Positions 1 to 9,114 of a DNA stretch of 41,187 bases are shown here, one piece after another. The DNA comes from an uncultured Planctomycetia bacterium. GTDB lineage: Bacteria; Omnitrophota; Gorgyraeia; Kaelpiales; Kaelpiaceae. The notes beneath the pieces are model-generated. The model did not search any database and was not told where the DNA came from. It worked only from the letters and a program-made list of their open reading frames with translations. The stretch lies in NCBI GenBank assembly GCA_964627735.1, contig CAZVIC010000001.1, forward strand, positions 1 through 41,187. The letters are read 5' to 3'. The first letter of the stretch is position 1; every line of letters begins with the position of its first letter. The position numbers and the translations under genes were made by a program.

Positions 1-2
1 TG

Positions 3-284
3 AAGAAGACAAGAAGGTCATTGTCGCTTATAACAGCGCAATTAAGCAGAGAGGAGCTTCTTAAGAGGAGGGATGTGGAGAGAGATAAAGTTAAGTTTAG
101 ATATTCCAAGGGTTCTAAGTTTAAGTATGATGATATCTTACGATTTAACTTTCAAAGAGTTACAGAAGCATTGAGAGTATTGGAAGAGGTTTCTCAGGTT
201 TTAGATCCTCAGTTAAAACAAAAGTTTATGAGATTGCGTTTTAGAGTTTATGAAATTGAAAAAAGCTCTTTTGCTGCTATATGA
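3..284 (+). CDS. 3' part of a CDS truncated by the window edge; possibly the accessory N-terminal domain that is fused to ThiE in some bacteria, here as a separate ORF
   Basis: The reading frame is open back to nt 3, so the listed TTG at 21 is probably internal. The stop overlaps the thiE ATG (ATGA). The segment ...RVTEALRVLEEVSQVL... resembles, from memory, N-terminal extensions of long ThiE proteins. The assignment is tentative. Confidence 0.35.
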   Translation, partial: KKTRRSLSLITAQLSREELLKRRDVERDKVKFRYSKGSKFKYDDILRFNFQRVTEALRVLEEVSQVLDPQLKQKFMRLRFRVYEIEKSSFAAI

Positions 285-895
285 AAATATTTGAAGATTG
301 TACTATTTACGGAGTCTCTGATACTGGATTTAATCACATAGAGTACCTTGGAGAACTTCTATCTTCTGGTATAGATGTAATCCAACTACGAGACAAAGAT
401 CTTTCTGATAGGGAATTCTATAGCATTGCTATTGTTCTTAAAGAGATGGCGGCTGATTTTGAGAAACCATTTATTATTAATGATAGGCTTGATATAGCCC
501 TTCTTGTAGACGTAGACGGTATTCATGTAGGAGTTGATGATCTCCCACTAAAAGAGGTTAGGTCTATCTTAGGAGAGGATAAGATTCTAGGTTATAGTTG
601 TCATAGCTATCAAGATGTTTTAGATGTTAAAGATGTAGACTTAGATTATATAAGTGTTGGTCCGGTGTTTAAGAGTAATACTAAAAAAAATCTTGAAACA
701 ATAGGGGAGGATGAAATAAAATTGATAACTGATAATATCAAACTTAAACAAGTGGCAATAGGAGGGATTGACTTAAACAACATAAGCATGGTTAGAGATT
801 ACGGCTTTTCTAACGTAGCTGTTATCTCTTCGCTCAATATTTCAAAGGATAAGAAGATGTATATAGATGAGATAAGAAAGGCGGTAACTAAATGA
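281..895 (+). CDS. thiE: thiamine-phosphate synthase
   Basis: 204 aa with a ThiE-like pattern (IDVIQLRDK, IINDRLDIALLVDVDGIHVG, VAIGGI). Its end overlaps the thiC start by 4 nt. Confidence 0.8.
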   Translation: MKIFEDCTIYGVSDTGFNHIEYLGELLSSGIDVIQLRDKDLSDREFYSIAIVLKEMAADFEKPFIINDRLDIALLVDVDGIHVGVDDLPLKEVRSILGEDKILGYSCHSYQDVLDVKDVDLDYISVGPVFKSNTKKNLETIGEDEIKLITDNIKLKQVAIGGIDLNNISMVRDYGFSNVAVISSLNISKDKKMYIDEIRKAVTK

Positions 896-2187
896 CACTT
901 ATAGACAAAATTAAAAAAGGGGATATTCCTCTCTTTATAAAAGAGGTTGCAGATCTTGAAGAAGTTACTGAAGATTTTTTATTAAATAAAATATTAGAAG
1001 GCAGGGTTGTTGTGCCTGACAATGAGTCTCATGCTAATAAGCATAGAGTTGCTATTGGCGAAGGTATGAATGTAAAAATAAATGTCAATATAGGCACATC
1101 TTTAGATAAGGTTGACTTAGATCTCGAGACCAGAAAGATTGAGCTTTCAGAGCGTCTTGAGGCTGATACGATAATGGATCTATCTGTAGGGGGCGATATT
1201 GTTCAGATAAGGAGAGATTTGATATCTAAGACTGTGCTTCCTTTTGGTACTGTACCGCTCTATGAGGTTGCGGCAAGGTGTTCCGGGGAGAAGGGTTCTT
1301 TTGCCAGTGCTTCGGTAGAAGATTTTTTTGAAGTTTTAGAGAGACAGGCTCGTGACGGTGTAGACTTTTTCACAATCCATGCTGGTATTACAGCTGATTG
1401 TATTGATAAGATAAAAAGACAGGAGAGGATGTTAGATATAGTAAGTCGAGGAGGGGCTTTAATGTTGGAGTGGATGATAGTCAACGAGAAAGAAAACCCC
1501 TTTTATGAATATTTTGATAGAGTGCTTGAGATTACCAAGAAATACGATGTTACTATAAGCCTAGGAGATGCTTTAAGACCAGGATCTATATTTGATGCTG
1601 GTGATCCATTGCAATACTATGAGACATTTGTAGTCTCAGATCTTGTGAGAAGAGCTAGAGATTATGGGGTTCAGACTATGGTAGAGGGCCCTGGGCATGT
1701 TCCTCTAAATAAAGTTGAACATGAGATAAAGGCTATTAAAGAGATAATTCAAGGAGCTCCCTTATATGTATTGGGTCCTTTAGTTATAGACTCTGCTGCT
1801 GGGTATGATCATATAAATGCTGCGATTGGAGCATCTATAGCAGCTTATTCTGGAGCCGATTTCTTATGTTATCTTACTCCTGCTGAGCATTTGTCCCTTC
1901 CTGATATAGACGATGTTAGAGATGGTATTATGGCTTTTAAGATAGCTGCTCAGGCGGCAAATTTTTGTCGGGGTAAGGAAAGGGTAATTCAGAGAGAATT
2001 AAAAGTTAATAAAGCACGTAAGAAAAGAGACTGGGAAGAGCAAATGAAGTTTTTCTTAGATAGCGAAAAAGCACTGGAGTATCGCAGTAAGATTCCACCT
2101 GAGATAAATGATACATGTTCTATGTGTGGTAATTTTTGTTCTATGAAGATTGTAGAGAAACATTTAAATAAAAAATTTGCAGTTTAA
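892..2187 (+). CDS. thiC: phosphomethylpyrimidine synthase (radical SAM)
   Basis: 431 aa with ThiC hallmarks (TIHAGI, VEGPGHVPL, LTPAEHL) and the C-terminal CSMCGNFCS cysteine motif. Confidence 0.93.
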   Translation: MTLIDKIKKGDIPLFIKEVADLEEVTEDFLLNKILEGRVVVPDNESHANKHRVAIGEGMNVKINVNIGTSLDKVDLDLETRKIELSERLEADTIMDLSVGGDIVQIRRDLISKTVLPFGTVPLYEVAARCSGEKGSFASASVEDFFEVLERQARDGVDFFTIHAGITADCIDKIKRQERMLDIVSRGGALMLEWMIVNEKENPFYEYFDRVLEITKKYDVTISLGDALRPGSIFDAGDPLQYYETFVVSDLVRRARDYGVQTMVEGPGHVPLNKVEHEIKAIKEIIQGAPLYVLGPLVIDSAAGYDHINAAIGASIAAYSGADFLCYLTPAEHLSLPDIDDVRDGIMAFKIAAQAANFCRGKERVIQRELKVNKARKKRDWEEQMKFFLDSEKALEYRSKIPPEINDTCSMCGNFCSMKIVEKHLNKKFAV

Positions 2188-2231
2188 TTTTAATTGTTTT
2201 GACTATAGGTTGATTTTTAGTCAAATAATAG

Positions 2232-2306
2232 GCGAGTGTAGTTCAGCGGTAGAACGTCAGCTTCCCAAGCTGGATGTCGGGGGTTCGATTCCCCTCACTC
2301 GCTCCA
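2232..2306 (+). tRNA. tRNA-Gly (anticodon CCC), CCA encoded
   Basis: Manual cloverleaf: acceptor GCGAGTG/CACTCGC, D arm GTTC-AGCGGTA-GAAC, anticodon arm TCAGC-TTCCCAA-GCTGG, T arm GGGGG-TTCGATT-CCCCT, then T-CCA. Confidence 0.93.
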
Positions 2307-2334
2307 GTAATGAGATTTTTTCGGAGCTTGTGAT

Positions 2335-2991
2335 ATGAAGATGAAAGTAATTTTTGTTATGTTGTTATTATGGGGTTGCGCATCAACCAATAGTAAGAAT
2401 AGTGTCGAGTCTTTACCTGCATCTAAGGTTCTTGCGGAGTCTTCTTGGGATAAATCTAACGGGCAGTATCATCAAGTCAAAAGCGGAGAGACTCTCTATA
2501 AAATATGTTCGTCTTATAAGGTAGATCTAAAAAATGTAATAAGTGTTAATAATTTAGAAGACCCTTCTAGAATAAAGGAAGGTCAATTATTATATATTCC
2601 AGGCAGAGATATAAAATCTAATATTTCTAGTTCTGATTTCATTTGGCCTGCAGAAGGTACAGTTGTGTCCTATTTTAAAGGTTCGACTTCCAAAGGACTT
2701 AATAAAGGCATAGATATAAAGTTGATTTCATCTCAAAAGGTAATCGCTGCAGCTTCTGGCGAGGTCTGTTATTCTGGTGAAGATATAAAAGGTTATGACA
2801 AAGTTGTCATGATTGATCATGGTGGAGGACTCTATTCTCTGTATGCCTATAATGATGTTCTTTTGGTTAAAAAAGGTGATCATGTTAGGCAAGGCGATTC
2901 TATAGCTCGTATTGATAAAGAGAGCGGAGTCTTGCATTTTGAAGTTAGAAAAGAGAATAACCCTTTAAATCCGTTAACATTTTTAAAATAG
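2335..2991 (+). CDS. LysM domain / M23 family metallopeptidase lipoprotein (NlpD-like)
   Basis: Signal peptide with a lipobox (LLLWGC). LysM segment YHQVKSGETLYKICSSYKVDLKNVISVNNL...LLYIP. M23 core GIDI...VMIDHGGGLYSLYAYN...LHFEVR. Confidence 0.85.
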   Translation: MKMKVIFVMLLLWGCASTNSKNSVESLPASKVLAESSWDKSNGQYHQVKSGETLYKICSSYKVDLKNVISVNNLEDPSRIKEGQLLYIPGRDIKSNISSSDFIWPAEGTVVSYFKGSTSKGLNKGIDIKLISSQKVIAAASGEVCYSGEDIKGYDKVVMIDHGGGLYSLYAYNDVLLVKKGDHVRQGDSIARIDKESGVLHFEVRKENNPLNPLTFLK

Positions 2992-3001
2992 TTCTTATCC
3001 A

Positions 3002-4420
3002 ATGATAAAAATAGGCCCTGTACTAAAAGAACAATTTTCCTCAAGAGAGAAAGAGATAGAAAGATTAAAAAAGATAAAAAATGACTATCTTAATGGTTAT
3101 AGAAGAAATCTTGCTATTCTTGGGCCTTGGAGTATTGGTAAAACATCTCTTATTCTTAAATTTATTCATGATGATCTAGGAGAAGATCTTTTTCCCATCT
3201 ATCTCAACCTTGAAGAAGGTTTTTTAAAAGAGAGTTTTTTAGGGTTTTTACTCCATTCCTTGCGCAAGTTTTCTTTAGTAAATAACGATTTTTTTATAGA
3301 TAATACAGCTGATAGCGGGAGAATTATTGAAAGAGATTATCCAGTCTTTAACTCTATTATAAAAAACATAGAATCAGGTCTTAAAAATAATAATTATGAA
3401 CTCTTGATGAATTCGATATTACGTCTTCCTCTTGCAATTAAGAAAGAGTTCAAGAAGAACTCTCTCTTTGTGATAGATGAATTTTTTGGCCTAAGTAAGC
3501 TCAAGTTAAATTATTGGATGCAGTTATTAAGAGAAAATATCATGTTGAATGAACATGCCTTATTTGTATTAATGAGCTCAGACGAAGATAGATCTAAAGC
3601 GGTATTAAATTCAGAGTTCTCTTTGTTATTTGGTAATTTTGAGATTATGGAGCTGGGTAAGTTCTCCTATCGCGAGTCTAAAGGATTCATAAAATCCAGG
3701 ATGAGTAAAATAAAGGAAATAGATGATTCTGTTGTAGATAGATTGGTAGCTTTGACCGCTGGCGTACCACTCTACTTAGATATATTGACATCCTGGGTTG
3801 AAGAGAACGTGGATAGTTTTGATTCCGAAGCACTTATTTTAATGATTAGGGAGAATCTTATTAGTAATAAGGGCTTTCTTTATAGGTTTTTTAGTGAAAA
3901 ATTAAGAAATTATCCTGGCGTTGAAAAGTTTCAGGAGTTTTTGCCTTTTATCCTTGAGGTTGCAAGGGGCAATACGAAAAAGAAGATTCTTAGAAAACTA
4001 GATCTCTCTTATGCTAATTCTGGCCATTCTATGAACGGTTTTTTGGAGAAAAACGGTAGCTTTTTTAGAATAAAAGATCCGCTTTTTAGAATATGGCTTC
4101 TCTATGCTTATAGTGCAGATCTTATGGGATTAGGAATAGATTTTAAAGCTCGCATAGAGATGTTAGAGAGAGAGCTAGATTCTATTAACTCCGGTTTTAA
4201 TATTTTTTGTAATGACAAACCGATGTCAAAGATAGAAGATATTGTCAAAGAACTTGTCTTTAAATTTGATAATGAGTTTATAGATTTAATTGGTAAAAGG
4301 AAACAATTGCCTAAGATTGTCTCTTTCGAAAAAGAGTTTCAGGGTAGAGATTATACTCTATTTCGCGCAAAGAGGGAAAGGTTGGGGTGCTGGCTCTTTC
4401 TTGTGGTTTCCAGGATTTAA
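3002..4420 (+). CDS. P-loop ATPase of the archaeal-ATPase type (PF01637-like); its C-terminal domain appears to continue in another frame
   Basis: Walker A ILGPWSIGKTSL and Walker B-like LFVIDEF. Overall length and layout resemble ATPase+DUF234 proteins. The ORF ends at TAA 4418-4420 while the +1 frame stays open to 4634. Confidence 0.7.
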   Translation: MIKIGPVLKEQFSSREKEIERLKKIKNDYLNGYRRNLAILGPWSIGKTSLILKFIHDDLGEDLFPIYLNLEEGFLKESFLGFLLHSLRKFSLVNNDFFIDNTADSGRIIERDYPVFNSIIKNIESGLKNNNYELLMNSILRLPLAIKKEFKKNSLFVIDEFFGLSKLKLNYWMQLLRENIMLNEHALFVLMSSDEDRSKAVLNSEFSLLFGNFEIMELGKFSYRESKGFIKSRMSKIKEIDDSVVDRLVALTAGVPLYLDILTSWVEENVDSFDSEALILMIRENLISNKGFLYRFFSEKLRNYPGVEKFQEFLPFILEVARGNTKKKILRKLDLSYANSGHSMNGFLEKNGSFFRIKDPLFRIWLLYAYSADLMGLGIDFKARIEMLERELDSINSGFNIFCNDKPMSKIEDIVKELVFKFDNEFIDLIGKRKQLPKIVSFEKEFQGRDYTLFRAKRERLGCWLFLVVSRI

Positions 4421-4634
4421 AGAACAGGATAGTTATGATATCGTAGAGGTGCTTAAAGATAGTCAGATAAGATTTAATCAAAAGATAGCTATTGTTTCAA
4501 ATCAATTAGAGGATAATAATGTGAATTTAATATTAAAGACTATGGGGTTTTGGCTTTGGGATATAGATTTTTTAGTCAAGCTTTGTGAGTTTTATTCTAT
4601 AACAGGAAAGAATAATGTTGGTAGTTTGGTTTAA
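4290..4634 (+). CDS. probable frameshifted C-terminal continuation of the preceding ATPase (DUF234-like tail); only about nt 4420-4634 likely coding in this frame
   Basis: It overlaps the ATPase ORF by 131 nt in the +1 frame. The tail KIAIVSNQLEDNNVNLILKTMGFWLWDIDFLVKL looks like the end of the C-terminal domain that normally follows this ATPase. There is no convincing independent start or SD. Confidence 0.4.
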   Translation: MVKGNNCLRLSLSKKSFRVEIILYFAQRGKGWGAGSFLWFPGFKEQDSYDIVEVLKDSQIRFNQKIAIVSNQLEDNNVNLILKTMGFWLWDIDFLVKLCEFYSITGKNNVGSLV

Positions 4635-5571
4635 ATTTGCAGCTTATTCTATTGCCATTTTTATTTTTGGTTATCTCTCCTGTAAATATGGATATCTAAT
4701 AACAAAGAAGAGTCGAATATCTGAAGGCTTTATGGGTGTTTTTTTTCTTGCCATGGCTACTTCTTCTCCAGAGCTATTTACTGCTCTTATTGCTGTTAAA
4801 AATAAGGTTTTTAATCTGGCTTTAGGGAATATATTTGGATCCCTCTTAGTTAATGTTTTTATATTAATACTATTAGATCTCTTTGTATCTAAGGGTGGGT
4901 TTTTAAAAAGAAGCAAGAATTTTAAGGGAATATCTATAGTTTTGATATTACAAGCATTGATTATAGTTTCAATTATTTTAAGAAGTGTTTTTGGCTTTAA
5001 TTTAGATTTTCTTAGCTTTGGATTAGAAAATATTTTTATAATAATATTGTATTTTATTTTCTTAAAAGGCGAACTTAAAGATAATGAGTCTAATGTTGTT
5101 TCTTCTGAGGTCAAAAGCAATAGAGGATGCTTAAAAGAATGGATTTTCTTTGTAGTTTCTTTGATTGCAATAGCATTTTTTGCTCAACTGGTAGTTGTTC
5201 AGTCCCGCATCATTGTTGAAAATTCTATGTTGAACTATGTTTTTTTTGGAACGCTTTTTCTAGGTTTTGTCACTTCCTTGCCGGAGCTTGTTGTAACAAT
5301 TTCAGCACTTATGAATAGATCTCATGCTATGGCTATAGGTAATATAATAGGGAGCAATGCATTTGATATAGCCATTATACCTGTTTTAGGTCTGGTCTCT
5401 TCCAAGGTTTCTATTTTATCAAAAGCTTCACTTTCGCATATCTATACTCTTATAGCTGTAGAAATAGTAACATTAACATTATTTATTTTGTTTAGATCTA
5501 AAAAGTTAAATAAAGGTTATGAGCTAATATTGTTGCTTTTGTTAATAGTACCGTTAATAATGATATTTTAA
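4615..5571 (+). CDS. Ca2+/cation antiporter (CaCA, YrbG-like sodium/calcium exchanger membrane protein)
   Basis: 318 aa and polytopic. It has two alpha-repeat signatures, ATSSPELFTALIAV...GNIFGSLLVN and VTSLPELVVTISAL...GNIIGSNAFD. SD AGGAAAG lies upstream. Confidence 0.8.
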   Translation: MLVVWFKFAAYSIAIFIFGYLSCKYGYLITKKSRISEGFMGVFFLAMATSSPELFTALIAVKNKVFNLALGNIFGSLLVNVFILILLDLFVSKGGFLKRSKNFKGISIVLILQALIIVSIILRSVFGFNLDFLSFGLENIFIIILYFIFLKGELKDNESNVVSSEVKSNRGCLKEWIFFVVSLIAIAFFAQLVVVQSRIIVENSMLNYVFFGTLFLGFVTSLPELVVTISALMNRSHAMAIGNIIGSNAFDIAIIPVLGLVSSKVSILSKASLSHIYTLIAVEIVTLTLFILFRSKKLNKGYELILLLLLIVPLIMIF

Positions 5572-5573
5572 TC

Positions 5574-6050
5574 ATGAAGAATATTTGGGCTCCATGGAGA
5601 ATGGAATATATTACAAATCCTGATAAAGACAAAGATTGTATATTTTGCAAGAAAGCCAAAAGCAGCGATGATGAAGCTAACTATGTTTTATCAAGAGGCA
5701 AGCATTTCTTTGTTCTGCTCAATATCTACCCTTATAATAATGGTCATCTTATGATAGCTCCTTATAGGCATCTTTCGGATATTACTGATTTAGATGATTC
5801 TGAGTTAAGTGAGGTTTTTAAATTGATCAAAGATTTTAAGAGAAGATTGAGGAATAAATTAAATCCTGAAGGTTTTAATGTAGGCTTAAATATTGGGGCA
5901 GCAGCAGGGGCTGGCATAAAAGATCATATACATTTCCATCTTGTGCCTCGTTGGATTGGAGATACAAGCTTTATGTCTATTTTATCTGACACTAAAATTT
6001 TGTCTCAATCTTTAAAGGATTTGTATCAGCTTTTAAAATCAGATGAATAG
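5574..6050 (+). CDS. HIT-family nucleotide hydrolase/phosphorylase (Ap4A-phosphorylase-like)
   Basis: N-terminal WAPWRMEYI and the histidine triad HIHFHLVPRW. Confidence 0.85.
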   Translation: MKNIWAPWRMEYITNPDKDKDCIFCKKAKSSDDEANYVLSRGKHFFVLLNIYPYNNGHLMIAPYRHLSDITDLDDSELSEVFKLIKDFKRRLRNKLNPEGFNVGLNIGAAAGAGIKDHIHFHLVPRWIGDTSFMSILSDTKILSQSLKDLYQLLKSDE

Positions 6051-7230
6051 AAAAGAGTATCAAAATATAGAAAATAAAATATTAGCACCGTATGCATTAA
6101 AAAGCTCTTTTAGCAGGGGTAGAAAACATAGCGAAGTTGAGGATAATTATAGGACCTGTTTTCAGCGAGATAGAGATAGGATAGTTCATTCTACTGCTTT
6201 CAGACGTTTAGAGTATAAGACCCAGGTTTTTTTGATACACGAAGGTGATTACTATAGGACTCGTTTGACTCACAGCCTTGAAGTTGCTCAGATTGCACGT
6301 TCTATTGCCCGTGTTCTATCGTTAAACTCGGATCTTGTTGAAGCCATAGCATTAGGTCATGATATGGGACATACTCCTTTTGGTCATTCGGGGGAAGAGG
6401 TTTTAAATTGTTTGGTCTCCGATGTCGGTGGTTTTGATCATAATCTTCAGGGATTAAGGATAGTAGATTGTTTAGAGCTAAGATATCCTAATTTTAGTGG
6501 ATTAAATCTTACATGGGAAGTCAGGGAAGGCTTCCTTAAGCATAGTACACGTTATGATAATGGATATAAAAATCTGACTCCGCAGGGCTCAAAAAAATAT
6601 GGTAGATTAATTTTAGATGAATTTTGTAATCAAGAGCAGCCCACGCTTGAAGCTCAAGTTGTAAATATTGCAGATGAAATCGCATATGATAGCCATGATT
6701 TAGATGATGGAATCACTTCTGGCTTAATTGCTATTTCAAGCTTGAGAAAATTAGAGCTGTGGAAAGAGGCAGAGAAAAGGGTTAAAAAACATTATTCATC
6801 TATGTCTACAAAACTTAGAAAGCATCAGATAATCAGATTTTTAATAGATATGGATGTTAAAGATTTAATTAGGAATTCGTTAAAAAATTTAGAGCCAATT
6901 CATTCCGTAGAAGACGTGAGAATGGCAACCAAAAGACTTATAGATTTTAGTCCTGCTATGCAAAGAAGAAGGAAACCTTTGAGGGATTTTTTATACCAGA
7001 ACCTTTATCATCATTATCGTGTTGTTAGGATGTCTGATAAGGCTAGTAGGATTCTAACAGAGTTGTTCAATGTCTATTATAAAAAACCTGCTCAGTTACC
7101 TGATGATGTTCAGCGTAGGATAAAAAAAGAAGGCCTTAAGCGCACTATCTCCGATTATATAGCCTCTATGACTGATAGCTTTGCTGCAAATGAATATCGC
7201 AAGCTGTTTGACCCCTTGGAAGTAGTCTAA
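6043..7230 (+). CDS. dGTP triphosphohydrolase-like HD-domain protein
   Basis: FQRDRDRIVHSTAFRRLEYKTQVF, RTRLTHSLEVAQIARSIA, GHDMGHTPFGHSGE. It overlaps the HIT gene by 8 nt. Confidence 0.88.
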   Translation: MNRKEYQNIENKILAPYALKSSFSRGRKHSEVEDNYRTCFQRDRDRIVHSTAFRRLEYKTQVFLIHEGDYYRTRLTHSLEVAQIARSIARVLSLNSDLVEAIALGHDMGHTPFGHSGEEVLNCLVSDVGGFDHNLQGLRIVDCLELRYPNFSGLNLTWEVREGFLKHSTRYDNGYKNLTPQGSKKYGRLILDEFCNQEQPTLEAQVVNIADEIAYDSHDLDDGITSGLIAISSLRKLELWKEAEKRVKKHYSSMSTKLRKHQIIRFLIDMDVKDLIRNSLKNLEPIHSVEDVRMATKRLIDFSPAMQRRRKPLRDFLYQNLYHHYRVVRMSDKASRILTELFNVYYKKPAQLPDDVQRRIKKEGLKRTISDYIASMTDSFAANEYRKLFDPLEVV

Positions 7231-7287
7231 TCTAACCATATTGTTATTAAATAGTTAGATTGTTAATCCATGATATTTTATCAATTG

Positions 7288-7316
7288 TTGAAAAAGATTA
7301 CTCCTTGTTGTAAAAT
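7288..7316 (+). promoter_or_regulatory. sigma70-like promoter TTGAAA-17 nt-TAAAAT, ending 8 nt before the ATG at 7325
   Basis: Read directly: TTGAAA 7288-7293 and TAAAAT 7311-7316. There is no SD between the -10 box and the ATG. Confidence 0.35.
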
Positions 7317-7324
7317 AGCTGTAT

Positions 7325-8842
7325 ATGAGTGAAATAACATCAGAGAGAAAAGTTATTGAGACCCTAGATAAAGGCGGGGACTTAGAGAGGCTAAAATTCC
7401 ATCTGGATCAATTGTCGAATTCTAACGTGGTGGTAATTCTTTTTTCTAGGCCAGATTCAAAGATACCGATTCAGGAATTATTAAAAAAGATTAAAAAGAT
7501 AGTAAAAGAATATGGCTTAAAAACTAAGATTGAAAAAGTGACTGTAGAAGAGATAAAAATCAGGATGAAGCAGGCATCTCGGAGTGGTTATTTTGAAGAA
7601 GTAAAATGTAAGCTTACAGAGAGTCTTTGGATTTACCCTCTTGTTCATGGAGGAGCAAATTATGGGTATGTCTGCCTTATTATAGAGAATGGAAATCTGT
7701 CTAAGAAAGTACTTAATTTTGTTGAGGATTATTTAGCAATCTCTTTAGAGAAAGCTTTGAAAGAGCTGGAGCTGATAAAAGTTCATGGTACTTTACGGCC
7801 TCGTGCTATCGCTCTATCTTCTGTTCACACTGTGCATCGCCTGATATCTTCAACGCTTAATATGGATGAGCTTTTACCTCGTCTTGCAAGATTATGTTTA
7901 CAGGTAATACGAGCTAAGAGTTGTGTTATATATTTGAGAGCAGGAAACTATCTGAGGCCTAAGGCGGTCGCTTCTGTTGATTCTTCAGAGAAGCCTCATA
8001 AGATAGATCTTTTAAATTCTAATATTGGTAAAAACCTTGAAGCTGGGACTCTTATTCTTAATAAGAATTCGCTTTGGGTGCCTCTTGTCGAAGAAGATCT
8101 TATCGGAGCAATTGGATTAAAATCTAAGCAGAATGGCAGGTCGTTTGATTTAAATGACAGAGAGATTTTATTGGTTTTATCAGAACAGGCTGTTGTTGCT
8201 ATAAAAAATGCTAAACTATATGAGACTCAAAACAAAATTTTAATAGAGAGCTTGCAATCATTATCAAATATTTTAGAAGCAAAATCACCTAAAATTTATA
8301 CTCACCCAAAAAGTTTTGTTAATTTAGTGCTTGCTATTGCTGATGAATATGGAGTTTCTCAAGAAGAGAGAGAATATATAAAATACGCAACCCTGCTTTT
8401 GGATGCTGGTAAAGTTGCTGTTCCGGAAAATATACTTAAGAAACCAGATCTTTTAACAGAAAAAGAGTATATTTCTGTTCAGGAACATCCAATTAAAAGT
8501 GCTGAAATAATTAAGGCGGTTAAGGCTTTAAAGCCGGCTGTTCCTATAATATTACATCACCATGAAAGGTTTGATGGGAAAGGCTATCCAAAAGGTCTAA
8601 AAGGCAACAAGATTCCGCTTGGAGCAAGGATACTGGCTGTTGCTGATTCTTTCGAGGCAATGGTATGCCATAGACCTTACAAGAAAACAAAAAATTATAG
8701 CACTGCCGTTAAAGAGATAGTAAAACAGAAAGGTGAGCAATTTGACCCCGACGTAGTAGATGCATTTATAAGTTGTGCTAAAAAAGGAAAGATTAAAAAA
8801 ATATCTCAGCGTATGATGGAAGAGATTAAAAAGAAGAAATGA
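7325..8842 (+). CDS. GAF-domain / HD-GYP-domain signalling protein (putative c-di-GMP phosphodiesterase)
   Basis: C-terminal HHHERFDGKGYPKGL...ILAVADSFEAM (HD-GYP). The central region is GAF-like (RAKSCVIYLR...LWVPLVEEDLIGAIGL). The N-terminal ~150 aa are unassigned. Confidence 0.85.
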   Translation: MSEITSERKVIETLDKGGDLERLKFHLDQLSNSNVVVILFSRPDSKIPIQELLKKIKKIVKEYGLKTKIEKVTVEEIKIRMKQASRSGYFEEVKCKLTESLWIYPLVHGGANYGYVCLIIENGNLSKKVLNFVEDYLAISLEKALKELELIKVHGTLRPRAIALSSVHTVHRLISSTLNMDELLPRLARLCLQVIRAKSCVIYLRAGNYLRPKAVASVDSSEKPHKIDLLNSNIGKNLEAGTLILNKNSLWVPLVEEDLIGAIGLKSKQNGRSFDLNDREILLVLSEQAVVAIKNAKLYETQNKILIESLQSLSNILEAKSPKIYTHPKSFVNLVLAIADEYGVSQEEREYIKYATLLLDAGKVAVPENILKKPDLLTEKEYISVQEHPIKSAEIIKAVKALKPAVPIILHHHERFDGKGYPKGLKGNKIPLGARILAVADSFEAMVCHRPYKKTKNYSTAVKEIVKQKGEQFDPDVVDAFISCAKKGKIKKISQRMMEEIKKKK

Positions 8843-9114
8843 AGAATTTTTTTAAAAAAGTAAATAAAGATTCAGTCTTAAGAAAAGTGATAAAATTTTA
8901 TTATAATAATCCCGGATGTATCGATACGGCTGAAAACATAGCTAAGTGGATAGGAGAAGAGGAGGATTTTGTCATTGAGAGCCTAGAGTGTCTTGCAGAA
9001 AATAATATTTTAAACAAAGACAAAAGCTATACTACTGTGGCCTACTCTTATACTCAGGATAAAGATATTGTTGCGGCAGTCAAAGAGTTTATGGTAGAGG
9101 AAGATTATGACTAA
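8839..9114 (+). CDS. hypothetical small protein, possibly winged-helix-like
   Basis: 91 aa. It overlaps both neighbours (4 nt upstream, 8 nt downstream), which suggests translational coupling. I recognise no motif with certainty. Confidence 0.5.
   Translation: MKNFFKKVNKDSVLRKVIKFYYNNPGCIDTAENIAKWIGEEEDFVIESLECLAENNILNKDKSYTTVAYSYTQDKDIVAAVKEFMVEEDYD

Noticed and set aside
2188-2231. Possible promoter for tRNA-Gly (TTGACT at about 2200)
   Set aside because: I could not find a -10 element at proper spacing, so I did not report it as a feature.
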